Below are positions 32,495-47,270 of a stretch of 64,000 nucleotides of DNA, in pieces. Origin of the DNA: Selaginella moellendorffii (lineage: Eukaryota; Plantae; Lycopodiophyta); NCBI RefSeq assembly GCF_000143415.4, contig NW_003314271.1, positions 1,656,806 to 1,720,805 of the forward strand. The letters run 5' to 3'. The translations under genes and the position numbers were made by a program. Under the pieces are notes generated by a model that saw only the letters and a program-made list of their open reading frames with translations, did not search any database and was not told the origin of the DNA. Each line of letters starts with the position of its first letter. The stretch's first letter is position 1.

Positions 32495-34149
32495 CGCCGC
32501 CAATATAATAGGGCAGGGTTACTATGTAAAATATCGATTTAGAAGATCGTGAGAGACGAGGAATATTATCGAAGGAATATATGTAAAGAGATTTGCTTGG
32601 ATCTCAAGCAGCTCGCGAATCTGAGGATCATCAGCGGCCTTCTTTCTGGCATCCCGCGTCTTCTACTGCTAATCTTAGGAAAACCTCATTTCTTGTTTCG
32701 GCAAAAACGTCACCAATGGCGATCAATAGAAAAGAACCTCAAAAAACGCTGCGGACAGGATGCATGCCTCGCATTTTTCCAAAAGTGCAACTAAGTTTCG
32801 CTCTTCTTTGCCTTTCCATGGATGAGACCTTGGTAGACGTCGCCATTTGCATAGTAAAACGTATTGGTCTTGCCTTGGACCCAATTTCCGTCCTAGAGAT
32901 CGTCCATCGACCTTGGAAACGTAGAATCACGCGACGGAAAGAGAAGAAGAGATTTACGATCGTTACTTCATTCATTTCCGGTGTCCTCCTCCACAACGTC
33001 CTTTATACGAACCCCCTTGAAAGCACATCTCCACCGATACTCGTTTTCCTGATTAAGAACAAACCAAATGGAAGCTTACGCAGCTCGTTGCGACAGAGAC
33101 TGCGCTGACCTGTTGCTATTTCTGTCTTGGATCGCGTCGATTCCCATCCTTCGAACGCCGTTGTTAGGCACTGCAGCAGGGTCATAAGGCAACGGTTGCA
33201 CCTTGTTTGCTTCGTGTGGTTCCATGTAGCTGTTTGCTTGTGCTTGCTGGATTTCTCGAACTCAACCAAGCTGCCGAGGCTCTGATTTTGATGCAGAACG
33301 GTGAATGTGGGAGTCACGGTAGTGCATTTCATCCTTTCGTGCTCGCTTTGATTTGCATCAGTTCCGTAATCATGTTGAGGCGAGCGCCCGATAGCCCAAG
33401 GATCTGAGCAGAACCGAATGGTAGTAAATGAATGAAGTAGAGAAACGTATCTTACCATTCCTGATATAGAGAATTCAGTAGTTCCATCACCTGTAAAAGA
33501 CGGTGGCAATTGTCAGAAACTGGAAGCAATGTCGCAACTTACAGATATCAGTCTCTTCTTAGTAATGTCTCGTGAACCTCACATAACTTGCAAACATGAT
33601 GGGTCTTCTTACCGAGAAGCAAGTCATCAGCAGCTTTAAGAGTATAAGAGCAAACAAGACCGAAATGACAGCTTATTAAGAAAGACTTACTTTCGCCAGA
33701 TGGTTTCGTGGCAATACAAAACCCGAGACCACCACCGGTGCGCACAACCCTGAGTTTGGCACATACTGCGTCCAACCCTTGACACAAAGAACATTAAAAA
33801 CATGCCCTTCAAATGGAAAATTACTCGTACAAACATACCAACACAATCGCAGCTTCCACAGTTGATGGATTTTCAGCCTGAGCAAAGCAATGTTTCACGG
33901 AAACGAGTAAAGGAGAGATAATTTGTTCGCAAAGGGAAAAAAAACAAAGGAGAGAAGACTGTTGCAACTCACGAGCTCCACAATTCTGCCCGTGACGATT
34001 CTAGCTTGGGATGTTTCTCCTTCTCTTGTCTAGAACCAACCACTCTTCTCTCTAAATACCTTCAAAACACAGGAATCACGCAACCGCACTCCACTGAGCA
34101 GTAAAAGATCAATGACACGGGTATGGCTGCAAACACAACTTTAGCCTCA

Positions 34150-34404
34150 TCAAGATGCCTTTCTTGGGTATTTGCTGCAAGTATAGACGTCCAATGTTAC
34201 TACATCCTTCTCAGGCATTTTGACATAGATATATTTTCCCTCTCGGAGTTTCAAGTTTAAGATGTATTCATCGAACATGATGCTACAGAAGACCAAATTT
34301 CGATCAAAGCCCTGATCAAACATCGCCGTTGCCTCGTCCAGATGCCCGTTTCGGGCATACGCTGCCAGCATCGCCGAGAAGCTCACTAGGTTCCCAGAAT
34401 TCAA
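34150..34404 (-). pseudogene. PPR fragment
   Basis: LVSFSAMLAAYARNGHLDEATAMFD and KMPEKDVV; short and isolated. Confidence 0.7.
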
Positions 34405-35111
34405 TCAAACACCGTCTTTGTGAACATGACAAGCCCATTTCTAAAAAAGATTCTATTGATGTTATAGCTCACATTTTGAATGCTCGTTCTTGGGATCTAC
34501 TGCCGTTGATGGTAGGAAACCAGTCTTGGCCGTCCAATTCCAACGGTCATAACCTAAATTTTGAAACCATCGACATTGGAAGCCCTAATTCTACAGGGAG
34601 GAAAGGTGGCGTTGTGGATTGACTGAGATCTGCTAGTCCTCGAGCAAATCGGCGCAAAACAATTTTAGTACAACACGTTTTTCAACTGTCAAACGTTGCT
34701 GCAGGTGGAGGACCATAGCCAGCAGATCGGCTCCAATTTCACCGCTAGATTCGGGTGTAAATAGTATACAGAATCCAAGCGAGCGGTCTTAGACTGACAT
34801 TGTCCAATACATCCATATATTCAAACGATTCATGCAAGGGTCGACACCGTCTAGGCCTTGTCTACACAAGTACATCTGCCAGCAATATCACGCTAGTAGA
34901 CCTGAGCCGAGAACAGCTTGGTCTCGAGGGCGACTTCGCTCCAGGGAACATGGCCAGCTCGTCAAATTGTTCTTGAAGTCGTTGCCTCGGCTTTGACATT
35001 CTTTCCATTCCTGGCAGAGGAAGAGGCCCGAATCGATCATGCGCGGGCTGCGCGCCACTCGCGCGTGGATGATCTTGGCATCCGGAAGTGTCGTATAGCC
35101 CTAGGAGGGCA

Positions 35112-35635
35112 ATGGCGCAGAGCAAGAGGCCGAGGGTGCAGAGCGAAGTCGTGAAGAGGCCAAGGACTCGCAGTCAACCCGAACAGGAGCCGAGATCGAG
35201 CTAGAGCGGTACAATCTCGACAGGTCTGGCTATCGTTTGCCATACAAGGGCCCGAAGCTTTAAAAAGCCTCTTCAAGGCACGTGGATCTATGGACAGGTT
35301 TGTTTCCTAGTCTCTGTGTTTGACTTGTAACTCGTACAGCTCCCGGGCCAGAAGTACTACTGCTGGACTCTAGTGCACTCTTAATCGATGAAAATAACAT
35401 TAGCACCTAAAACTATAAAAGAAAAATTAAACTTAGTGAACCAAAAGTAGCAGTGATATCAGCGAATGGCCTCCAAAGCCAAGTATTCTCTCGGACGACG
35501 AGTACGAGCAACTCAAAGATTGGGATTGTCCGAGGGTGCCAATCCCCCTTTGTACTGAGTGTGATATTGGAAACGGTTGAGCACCTGGCTCAAGCGATGT
35601 TAAAGGGGTCGTGGAATAAAATCCTATGGTCGTAA
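35112..35635 (+). pseudogene. Orphan small-protein family, copy 1 (frameshifted, ~90 bp insertion)
   Basis: KRPRTRSQ..EIELERYNLDRSGYRLPY.GP with the same intron position as copies 2 and 3; AT-rich insert at about 35371-35459. Confidence 0.7.
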
Positions 35636-35773
35636 ACTGCATGGCAAATGACCAGAGAAAGTTCGATAAACGCATCTGAAAGATTCTCTGGAATAAAGCA
35701 ATTTTGGAGACGCGAATACTACAAAAGCAATTAGGGCATTGTCGAAAAGCTTGTACAGATTAGGGCTACTCAA

Positions 35774-36205
35774 ATGCAAAGCGAGGGATTTGAGAGGCCG
35801 AGGACGCGCAGCCATGGTCCTGTTCGACGAACTGCGCAGGAAATCGAGCTAGAGGAATACAATTTGGATAGATCTGGATTTCGCCTTCCCTACGACGGTC
35901 CCAAGCTCACGAGACCCCTTCAGGGAGAATGGGGATATAAAGAGGTAATTCTTCTGGTCCTGGCATTTGATTTGATCTAGTCTATACAGCTTCCACGCCA
36001 CAAGCTCTACTACTGGACTCCAAGCGAGTGGCCATCCAAGCCAGATTTTCTGTCGGATGACGAGTACAAGCGCCTAAAAGAGGGGTGGAAACATCCCAAT
36101 GTCATGATCCCTTATTGCACGGTGGACGACGCAGTGATCGAAGCGATTGACATAAAGGTAGATTACATGGCCCGAGCAATGCTAAACGGGTGGAACACAC
36201 CCTGA
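35774..36205 (+). CDS. Orphan small-protein family, copy 2 (2 exons, ~128 aa)
   Basis: Exon 35774-35944, intron 35945-35989, exon 35990-36205 is open: LPRHKLYYWTPSEWPSKP.FLSDDEYKRLKE..W...AMLNGWNTP*. Confidence 0.7.
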
Positions 36206-36339
36206 GTTTGTGCATCCGCCAGTTTTAATCGCTCTCTTATGTCTTAGTAAGTTCAACCAAGAGTGAAAGAAGATATGTCGAAACCATGCTCTTCTCATTA
36301 TGTGGAGTTTGCCGCAAAGAATCCCGAGAGCTAATTGAA

Positions 36340-37882
36340 AATAAGCTCCTGAGCACCAGCGACGCGACTGTAGAGACAAGCAGCGAGATCGCCGAAAACA
36401 TGCAGTGACGGTACTTCAATAGAACAGTCATGACGCGTTTCTCAGTACTGGAACAGGACTTCGCTTAAAAATCCATGACTCGCTGGACAAGGACACTGTG
36501 GTAGTCTTTTCGAAACTTCTGAAGAGCTCGTCTCAGCCGTGTTCGCATTATTGCTTCGTCCATGACTTCATAGCGTGACAAAGGGACGGTTCCGTGCTGG
36601 CTGGGTGTTCCATGCTGCTATGGCGTCTCTGAAGATCACGGTCAATTGTCCATAGGACACATAGTTGACGACTGTCTATAAAGAGTAGCTAGCTTGAAAT
36701 TGAGTACCGTTAAAACAAGCATGATGGAGATAATCTCATTGACATACGCCTGTCTCGAAATAAACTTGGCAGCAGGATCCGCTGCAGAACACCTGCCAGA
36801 GCTTAAGACGTCATGACGAGACTTAAAAGCTTACCAATGGCACACCCGAAAAACTTTGGCAGCGAAGAAAGATGTCTCGGAGGCAGCTGCCGCCGAAGCT
36901 ACAGATGATTCAAAGGCATTGTCTTTGCGCTGTCGAGATTGTTTATCTCGCAAAAACTCGGATTCTTTCCCAAAGTTCACGGCAGCTTTTTCATCGTTCT
37001 CAAGGCACTTTGCAAACGTTTGGCAAGCACATCTGTAACTCGTAAATAAACACACAGCACACGTGATTTCATGTGAAAAACATATAGAGCAAAACTTACT
37101 TGCATCACTGAGCATTGTTTGATTGTAGCCAGTTAAGCCCTGTATAGTTTCTTCCGGTTCATGGATTGGCAATGCACTGGCAACGGCTGCAAGTTAACAC
37201 TCTCCTAATGAAGTAGTGATTGCTGTCTCGCAAGCTCCCATCAGTGTTGACAGAGCACGGGCAGTGGCTCAATGCTCAATGCGGTGCTGATGCTCTGCAA
37301 AGTTCACGTAAGGATTCAGCACCAGATGCCTTCGCTGTAACACCGAAAGAACAAAGCGAGTGAAGGACAAAACTTATAACGAGACAACGAATTACCATCA
37401 GGAACAGCAAGAGCTGCAAGACTGTAGTTCACAGCTTTCTCAAGTGCTGCAGGATCGGCAGAAATCCATTCTGAGAAGCTTTTGACTAGTCTTGCAGCCG
37501 TCTTGAGAAGCTTCCCAGACGGCCATCATGCATTTGACAGGTACGATTGGTCTGCAGATATTGGTAGCTGAAGCCACGAATGCTTTGGAGGAGACATCTT
37601 CTGGAATCAGGTATAGCCCCGGAAAACAAACTTCTCGAAAGCTATACGCCAGGCTTTTGCGTGTCAACAACGGAAGTAAGCTGATATCGTAGACAAGAAA
37701 CTGCATACGGATAGAATTCCGCGTGCTGCCAACAAGGCTTGTAGTAAATATTCAGAAATATACACTAACCTTACCTTGAAACAGGAAGCAATAGCTATAA
37801 ATCTATAAGGAGATAGAGTCGTTTCGAGGCTGCTGCTGCTGCTGCTGGAGGATCCCAGGTTCTTTTTTTCTTTCTTCTTCAT
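36340..37882 (-). pseudogene. Disrupted multi-exon remnant, possibly a HEAT-repeat protein
   Basis: Several GT-AG bounded, helical-looking segments with stops and frameshifts. The family could not be identified securely. Confidence 0.25.
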
Positions 37883-37937
37883 TCTTTGCTTCTAGTTTTG
37901 ATCTTTCATTTTCTAGCTGGTGCCAGATGCAATCGAC

Positions 37938-40060
37938 ATGACAAACGAGGAAGCGATATCTCTAGCGTTAGAGCTGTTGATCGCGCTCGCGGAAGAAACA
38001 GTACACAGGTCTCAAGTTCTTGCATTCTCCTCTTCTCTTTTTTTCTCGCGAGCTAATGCAAAAACTGTCAGCAGCGGTATATTCGCTTAAACCATAGGGG
38101 TTTTAAACGAGTCCACTAGCAAAGTTTTGGTGTTCCTTGGAATGCTGGTTCTCGGCGTCGATGGTATGTTCGATCCAAGCCATCTTCCTTTCTTCCCCTC
38201 GACTAGATCGCGGAGCGTCACGAATCCTTGGGTGGATGATTAGCATTGCTTCAGCAAATCGAGGCTCTTGCGCTCCATCAGGCAGGAAGAAATCGCCCTG
38301 CGAGAATAATTCACTCCAAGCTCCGGTGGATTCTTCTTTGCGATCTCGAGGAGGACAGCATCCACCACGGGCGCGTGATCTATGGCACTCTCTGCGCGGA
38401 GCCCTTCCGCGGCAGGGGCGTGATGAGCGTGCTCGAGTCGGAGCTTGGCGGTGTGGGTTTCCATCCACGGCATGGCGCAGCACATACGCCGCTGGGAAGA
38501 TCATCGCGATCAAGGAACCACGTTTCAAGCGCGGCTCCACTGACGGCGTTCTCTTCATCCGCGTGGATGATCCCAGCTCCATCCAAGATATCTCGAGCTT
38601 TGCCGCGAGTGACACCACTTCTTCTCGGCCAGGAAATGACTACGCCGCCGCCAACTCTCTCAAGGCCGAAGGGAACCACTTCTTTGGCCTCAAGAACTGG
38701 AGCAAGGCCATCGATCTCTACTCCCAGTGCGTCAAGAGGTGTGAGGCAGCGTTGGCGCGCGGATCCATTGCCGGCGACATGGAGAACGCCCTCAGGGTGG
38801 GAGTTTTGCTGCCATCGGGCCCTGAGACTCGACGCTCTGGCGGATTCAAACAACGTGCTCAAGATCGATGGTGGCCTGTCAAGAGCACAAGTCGAAAGGC
38901 CCGAGCGCTGGAAGGCTTGCAAGAGTTTGAAAAGGCTGTGCACTGGCTCGAGAAGGCGCTGGAGCTCTCTCCTGGCTCGTCCACGCGCATGCTTGGCGCT
39001 TGCAAGGCTTGCGACCAGCAGAGCAAGACTGGGGAGTTGGACATCGATATTTTCCTGCTCCAGGAGAACTTAGATCCCGCCCCGAAATGCAGCGACTTCG
39101 TTGGGCCCGTGGAGCTCATCGCTGCCGATTTCGACGACAGTGGATGTGGAGTCAGGCTCTTTGCGACCAAAGATGTGAAAGCTGCCGAGCTTCTGGTCGT
39201 GAGCAGGGCTCTCGCTACTGGGGACTACAAGACGACTGCCGAGCCTGGATCGCTAGAGGTGGCAATGGCCGAGAAGCAGCAGGTCCTTTTGGAGCCAGCG
39301 CTGCTGAAGCTGGGGAGATTGAGCAGCGGGCTCTGGAGATGAGCCAACAACGGGATGGTTTGCGAGGACTTGCTCATGTGCGAGAAGCTGCCAGCGTTTA
39401 GCCGTAGGCAAGTGAAGAAGATCGTCAAAAGCCACAGCTTCTCCAAGGAGATGGCACCGTTGACGTTCCAAGGCTGTGGGGCTGCCATCGCTCATGCGGC
39501 ACTAGTGCGTGAGCAACGTTTCTCTGGTTCAAGTTGGCGATGCCATGTTTGCTCACGCCGCTCGGCCGGCGACGAGCTCTTCCTCAGGTACTTCAACACC
39601 ATGCAGCCTCTCCGGGTCCGGCAGGCCTCTTGAGATTTGCGTGCCGCTGCAAGCGGTGTCTGCTCGAGAGCTCTCTCAAGACACTTCTGCGGGGCAGGGA
39701 GGAAAGCTTCGAGGACGTGATCAGCAAGATCCAGTCCAAGTCAATCAAGACTGGTGCTGGTCTGGAGCTGAGAAGAAGCTCCAGTTGGTCGATGGCGATG
39801 AGCACAAGTGCTGGCTGCGAGCTTCGTACACCCTCGCGTACTTCGTTGCGGCTGTGTACTTGGAGCTCCTCGTGAACTCTCCCGAGAGGATTTGCAGTGG
39901 CAAGGAGCTGCTAAAGTTCGTGGAGGCGACTTGTCCAGGCCACTACACGGTGCTGGAATTCATGGCGACGCAGGTAGGAATGACGATGATGTTTGGGAGG
40001 GGCGAGGAGCATGGCAATGGATTCGAGGCTGGGCTTCTCGACGAGGAGCTTGTGATGTGA
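37938..40060 (+). pseudogene. TPR + SET-domain protein methyltransferase, frameshifted
   Basis: IAIKEPRFK..DG..IRVDDPS N-terminal motif; TPR SLKAEGNHFF..KNWSKAIDLYSQC and RKARALEGLQEFE; SET SDFVGPVE..RLFATKDVKAAELLVV; post-SET GDELFLRY and FACRCKRCLLE, spread across different frames. Confidence 0.8.
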
Positions 40061-40908
40061 GTTCACAGGGCCACTGTTGGTAGCAGGAAGTGTGATCTCA
40101 AGGACGTGGTAAAGGTCTGGTACAACCATGTTCAAATGGTACGTTCATCTCCTCTTTGTTTCTCTTTGGTTGAACTACCATGAGTGTTGCGGACTCCAAG
40201 CATTTCGTTTCATGACAACGATTTCGTTCGATCTTATATTGGCGTGGAATTTGGATTTCTAACGAGTAGAAGGTCTCAAGTTTTTTGAACAAGCACGACC
40301 TCAGATGATAGGTTATTCGATCTACACCAGCGCATTTTGATATGGTTACGGATTTTAATGTTCCAGTCTCTTTGGTTACTATGGTAATATTTCCGAAAGA
40401 ACTACTTTGATTTATTGTCATCTCGTCTCGTATGATAGCGCAAGAAGGTCAATCGGGGATTGACGCTGTCGTTTGCGATGCGGCAAATCAGAGCGAAGAA
40501 AATGCTGCTCGCCAGGAGAGTCGGAGTTTGATACCATCGGGCAGGCAAGCTCAGGAAATATGGGGAATTTCTTAGCTCACCCGGGCAAGAACAAGGGAAT
40601 CACGGACCTCATTTTCTCAAGGGGAGAAACCTGGAGCAGCTCCAAGCTCAGGATAGTCGTCGATCTCTGACAAGCTCCGTCCCATTCTTATATCCTGGAG
40701 AATCTGAATCGCAAAGCTCGTGAAAGTGTCCACCGAGAAATTGAAGAAGTCCAAAAGAGGTTTGAATCGTAGTCTATATTAGCATATTTTTATTTTTAAT
40801 TATCTCGACTGTTTTATTAAATTTTAATTTTTTATTCATTTAGAGTTAACCAGAAGGTCAATATTAAAAATAAAACTAATCTAGGCTTAGAAAAATTAAG
40901 GCTTTTCA

Positions 40909-41363
40909 ATGTCGAGCTCTAAGAGGCGCGGCTTTAACAGGCAAAGCAAGAGGCCGAGGACGCGCAGCCAGGGCCCTGTTCGACGAACTGCGCAGGAAAT
41001 TGAGTTGGAGTTATACAATTTGGATAGGTCTGGATTTCGCCTCCCCTACGACGGTCCGGAGCTCACGAAACCTCTTCAGGGAGAATGGGGATATAACGAG
41101 GTAATTTTCTTTTTCTGGTCCTGACATTTGATTTGATCTAGTTCATGTAGCTTCCGCGCCACAAGCTCTACTACTGGACTCCAAGCGAGTGGCCATCCAA
41201 GCCAGCTTTTCTGTCGGATGACGAGTACAAGCGTCTAAAAGAGTGGAAACGTCCCAAGGTCATGATCCCTCTTTGCACGGTGGACGATGCAGTGCCCCAA
41301 GCAATTGAAGAAACGGTAGATTTCATGGGCCGAGCGATGCTAAACGGGTGGAACACACCTTGA
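40909..41363 (+). CDS. Orphan small-protein family, copy 3 (2 exons, ~134 aa)
   Basis: Exon 40909-41100, intron 41101-41150, exon 41151-41363 is open and highly similar to copy 2. Confidence 0.7.
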
Positions 41364-42224
41364 GTGTGTACATCTAACTATGTTTTAGTAAGTGCTATCA
41401 TGTTTGCGGATCAATCAGTCAAGCTGTAATGCTCGAAAATCAAAACGATGCTTTGCTAGAGAATTCCCGAGAGCTAGACATTCTTTGTAGATTGCTCGAG
41501 AAGATCACAAAAACCCATGCCTGAATGCAAAGCTACACGGCAGCTCCACTCAAACAAGACCGAGCTTGCTTGAGCTTGTTTGCGATTTGAGTGTCTTCAA
41601 CCCGATCGGGCTATGGTGTGCCCAGGAGGACCCCTTGGAACGACCAACGATGCCTCTGGTAAAAATGCTTGAAGGCGCCATGGATCTTTAGCGTTAGTAG
41701 CAGTGGAGCCTATCTGGGTCTCAGATTTGTTTCACACATTCCAATTTTTTCGTTGTTCCTCGTTCCGCAAAACTTGGTTCAGGTTAAAAGATCGCGTTTG
41801 GGTATCTGGGAGAGAGTACTTAAAAAGTTCATTCCCACCACACGGAAGTTCCTTGTGATCAGGAAATCCAGAAGCATATCAAAGGAGCAATCGATGTCAT
41901 GCAAAAAGCATCGTGGTTATGGTATGTATTCTGTGGAATAGATGGGGAAATAAAAGTCTCAGCAATCCAGTGGGCTACGCTAGCACTTCTAAGCCATCTG
42001 AAGTTTGGTCGTCGTTGACTGATTACTTTGGATTGATTATCTTCTAGCAATCATGTTCCACCCATTCTCGAGAGATGAAACCATCCTCAGGCTTATAGCT
42101 TTCAAGTGAGAACTTTTTAGAAGCAAAAGACCATGGCGGAATCTTATTGGCTATAATGGTTTGTTCCAATAGAACAAAGCACTAGCTTTAATTTTAAATG
42201 ATCTATCTCTTTTCCATAGAAAAG

Positions 42225-43715
42225 CTACATCATCATCATTGAGGACATAGATGATGATGGAAATGTTCTGTCGAGAAACGTATACAGCCCTCCTCCCAGA
42301 AGCAAGGCTCCACTACAAAACCAGCACGAAAGAGGTGTAAATACATATAAAAAAAATTCCGTACCTGGTAGGATTGATCCATGCAGAAAACTTCCGAAGC
42401 GCTAAAAGTTGCTGCAAACTCTGTGTTAGCAAAGCAAGCCTGATTGAAATGAACGAAATCGAAAAAACCTGAAGAGCACCAGCAAACGATGCTGCGAGTA
42501 GCAGTGGTGCGACATAGCCGCTTGTATAGACAAGCAGCAATGCACCGCCAGTCACCGGGTCCTGGAAAAGAGAAACGAAAGAATTATGCTCCTATAGAAC
42601 TCTAAGGAAAGCAAACAACCAAGTCACACCTGGGAAGCTGCGACATAGCCGAGTAGAGTCGCAAGAACAGGTGTGCTGCACGGAGAGGCCGCGAGAGCAA
42701 ACGTTAAGCCGGCTAGATAGGCCTGAACACCTGGAGAGATGGAAGAAATCAGTGGAAGTTTATTCTATGTTTAAAGCAGCACGAACTTGTGGGAAGATTG
42801 GCAGCAGCAGAGCGAGGATCGAAGTTTCCGAAGAACGATGGCAGTTGCAGCTCAATAATCTGTTGATCATGGAAAGCTATATTAGCGATTGTATGGTTTA
42901 TAAGCAAAAGTTTGATCACCTCGAGAAGGTTGAGTCCCATAAGCATGGCCAAGCAGGAGACACCGATTGGAAGGCCTTGCCCGATCTGCCCGTAAGCCTT
43001 TCCAGCGAGCGATGCCACAATCCCCAGGACCGCGAGCGTTGTCGCCAATCCCATCGAGAATGCAAAAGCATCCACCGCGATCTAAACTTTCCACGAGAGA
43101 AAAAAAAAGAAGATCAAAGAGAGAGCCAGAGTTTCTTACCTGCGCTTGACTCTTCCCTGACCCCGATGATCCTAGAGTAGTGATAGAGAAAGAAAAAAAA
43201 AATTCAATTTTTCTTGTCAAGAAACTCACGAAAGTTACCAATGTAGCCGAGCGTCAATGGTAGAACGCTGAGCGTGCATGGCGAGAGGCTCGTCACAAGA
43301 CCCGCTCCAAAGATGGTTGCGACGCTGGAAAATCAATCCAAAAAGCTTATAGATTTCTCGAGAAAAAAATTTCTACCTCGCCAGAGAGAGGGCCGATAAT
43401 TCCCCTTGCACCGCACTGTTTGCGTCCTGGCCCGCGTTGAAGAGCAAACCACTGAGCCAATCCCCAGCACTCCAGGACGATGCGTCGGCTACCAGCGCTG
43501 GAGCCAATTGGATCAAATCGCTACAACCCACCTGGAAACCAATCGATTGATCCAGAAGAGCCAAAGAGAGAAAAAACGAGAGAGAGAATCACCGCAGCAC
43601 AAGCCACACCACGGCGCCTCGTGTTGATTCGATTTCCTTCCCATGGCTTTCCAACGCAGCTTCGCTTTCTCAAAAGAGCTCCAAGCTGAGAGCCGGTACA
43701 AGCTTGAGCAGCCAT
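42225..43715 (-). CDS. CCDA: Chloroplast cytochrome c biogenesis protein CcdA, multi-exon
   Basis: [54 protein letters not shown] and SAWINP motifs; transit-peptide-like N-terminus. Confidence 0.92.
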
Positions 43716-43784
43716 AGCCAATATGAATCTCGCTTTTAACTTGTATGATAATAGCTAAGATAGAAAAGAAATGAATCAGTTTTA

Positions 43785-45478
<1,694 letters not shown>

Positions 45479-45594
45479 TGCAAGAGGAAGGAGAATATCA
45501 CGATCGCGAGAGGAGAGAGTAAAAGGGTTTTTCGTGGGAGAACTTTTAGCTGGTCAATAAAAACCTAGAAGGCCACGCGCTCATTTCTAAGGCC

Positions 45595-45616
45595 TGCCAC
45601 GTAAGCATACGTGGCA
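45595..45616. promoter_or_regulatory. Palindromic pair of ACGTGGC (ABRE/G-box-like) sites in the GAPC-RPL3 bidirectional promoter
   Basis: tgccacgta-agca-tacgtggca is a perfect 9-bp inverted repeat. Confidence 0.55.
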
Positions 45617-45816
45617 TGCAGCTATTTTCGCTTACTTAAACCCTATTATTTTGGCGGCCAGGTTTCGATTCCAGCGAACCTTCCTTAGAATGTAACCGGA
45701 AATAGAAGAAATGTAAAAAATAAGCCCTAAGAGAATATTCTAAGGATCATGAATCGTGGCCGCTAGATGCGATCGACGGCTGGTGTGTTTGCTAGGTCAG
45801 GATTTTGCTCGACGGC

Positions 45817-45826
45817 TAGGGTTTAG
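45817..45826 (-). promoter_or_regulatory. Telo-box upstream of RPL3
   Basis: tagggtttag about 40 bp before the ATG, typical of plant ribosomal protein genes. Confidence 0.55.
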
Positions 45827-45864
45827 GGGGATTTTGGACAGGGGCGGAGGAGCGCGGCGCCGCC

Positions 45865-47270
45865 ATGAGCCACCGGAAGTTCGAGCATCCCCGGCATGGA
45901 TCTCTGGGCTTCCTTCCCAGGAAGCGTGCCCAGCGCCATCGCGGCAAAGGTATGTGTGCTCGTTTTCTCGATTTCTCTTCTCCCGAATTTCATACATTTT
46001 CTCTTGGTAGTGAAATCCTTCCCTCGGGATGATCCTACGAAGAAGCCCCATTTGACAGCCTTCATGGGATACAAGGCCGGCATGACTCATATCGTCCGGG
46101 AGGTCGAGAAGCCAGGATCTAGTAAGTCCGCTGTTCTTCCCATTTCGAGAGCTAAATTTCGCGTTCATTTGCCCAGAGCTCCACAAGAAGGAGACCTGCG
46201 AGGCTGTGACCATCATCGAGACACCACCGCTCATTATCGTCGGAGTGGTGGCGTACATTAAGACTCCTCGCGGCCTGCGCTCTCTCAACACAGTCTGGGC
46301 TCAGCACTTGAGCGACGATCTCAAGAGGAGGTTCTACAAGAACTTCTACAAGTCGAAGAAGAAGGCGTTCACCAAGTACGCGAAGAAGTATGACACCGAC
46401 GAAGGAAAGAAGGGCATCGAACACGAACTGGAGCGTATGAAGAAGTACGGCTCTGTGATCCGCGTCCTCGCTCACACCAAGGTATGAAAACTCTCGATCC
46501 AGAAACAATTGACTCGTGCTAATGTTTGAGAACTATCTCCAGGTTCGCAACCTCAAGGGCATCAAGCAGAAGAAGGCCCATCTCATGGAGATTCAGGTGA
46601 ACGGAGGCACGACCGCGGAGAAGGTTGACTTTGCGTATAACTTCTTCGAGAAGGCCGTGCCGATCGACAGTGTCTTCCGCAAGGATGAGATGATTGACGT
46701 GATCGGAGTCACCAAGGGTCACGGCTACGAGGGTGTGGTGACGAGATGGGGAGTTACCAGGTTGCCCCGGAAGACTCACAGGGGTCTACGAAAGGTTGCA
46801 TGTATCGGAGCGTGGCATCCAGCTCGCGTTTCCTTCACGGTTGCCAGGGCCGGTCAGAACGGGTAAGTTTTCACAGTTGGTTCTCTCGGATTGTCCTAAA
46901 CTTTGTTCTATATTGTCGCAGTTACCATCACCGTACCGAGATGAACAAGAAGATCTACAAGATCGGCAAGCAGGGGCAGGACTCTCACAAGGCAAGCACG
47001 GAGTTCGACACGACCGACAAGGATATCACGCCGATGGGTGGCTTTGCGCACTACGGTGTTGTCAACGAGGATTATATCATGATCAAGGGGTGCTGCATGG
47101 GCGTGAGGAAGCGCGTCATCACTCTCCGCCAGTCCTTGTGGAAACAGACTTCTCGCAATGCTCTGGAGGATATCAAGCTCAAGTTCGTGGACACCTCCTC
47201 CAAGTTTGGACACGGCCGCTTCCAGACATCGCTGGAGAAGGCCAAGGTTTTTGGAAAGGTCAAGGCTTAG
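45865..47270 (+). CDS. RPL3: 60S ribosomal protein L3 (uL3), multi-exon
   Basis: [21 protein letters not shown]...[21 protein letters not shown]...[16 protein letters not shown]. Confidence 0.98.

Noticed and set aside
32549-34100. ORFs of 80-170 aa on both strands
   Set aside because: They show no motifs, no consistent splice model and non-ATG starts.
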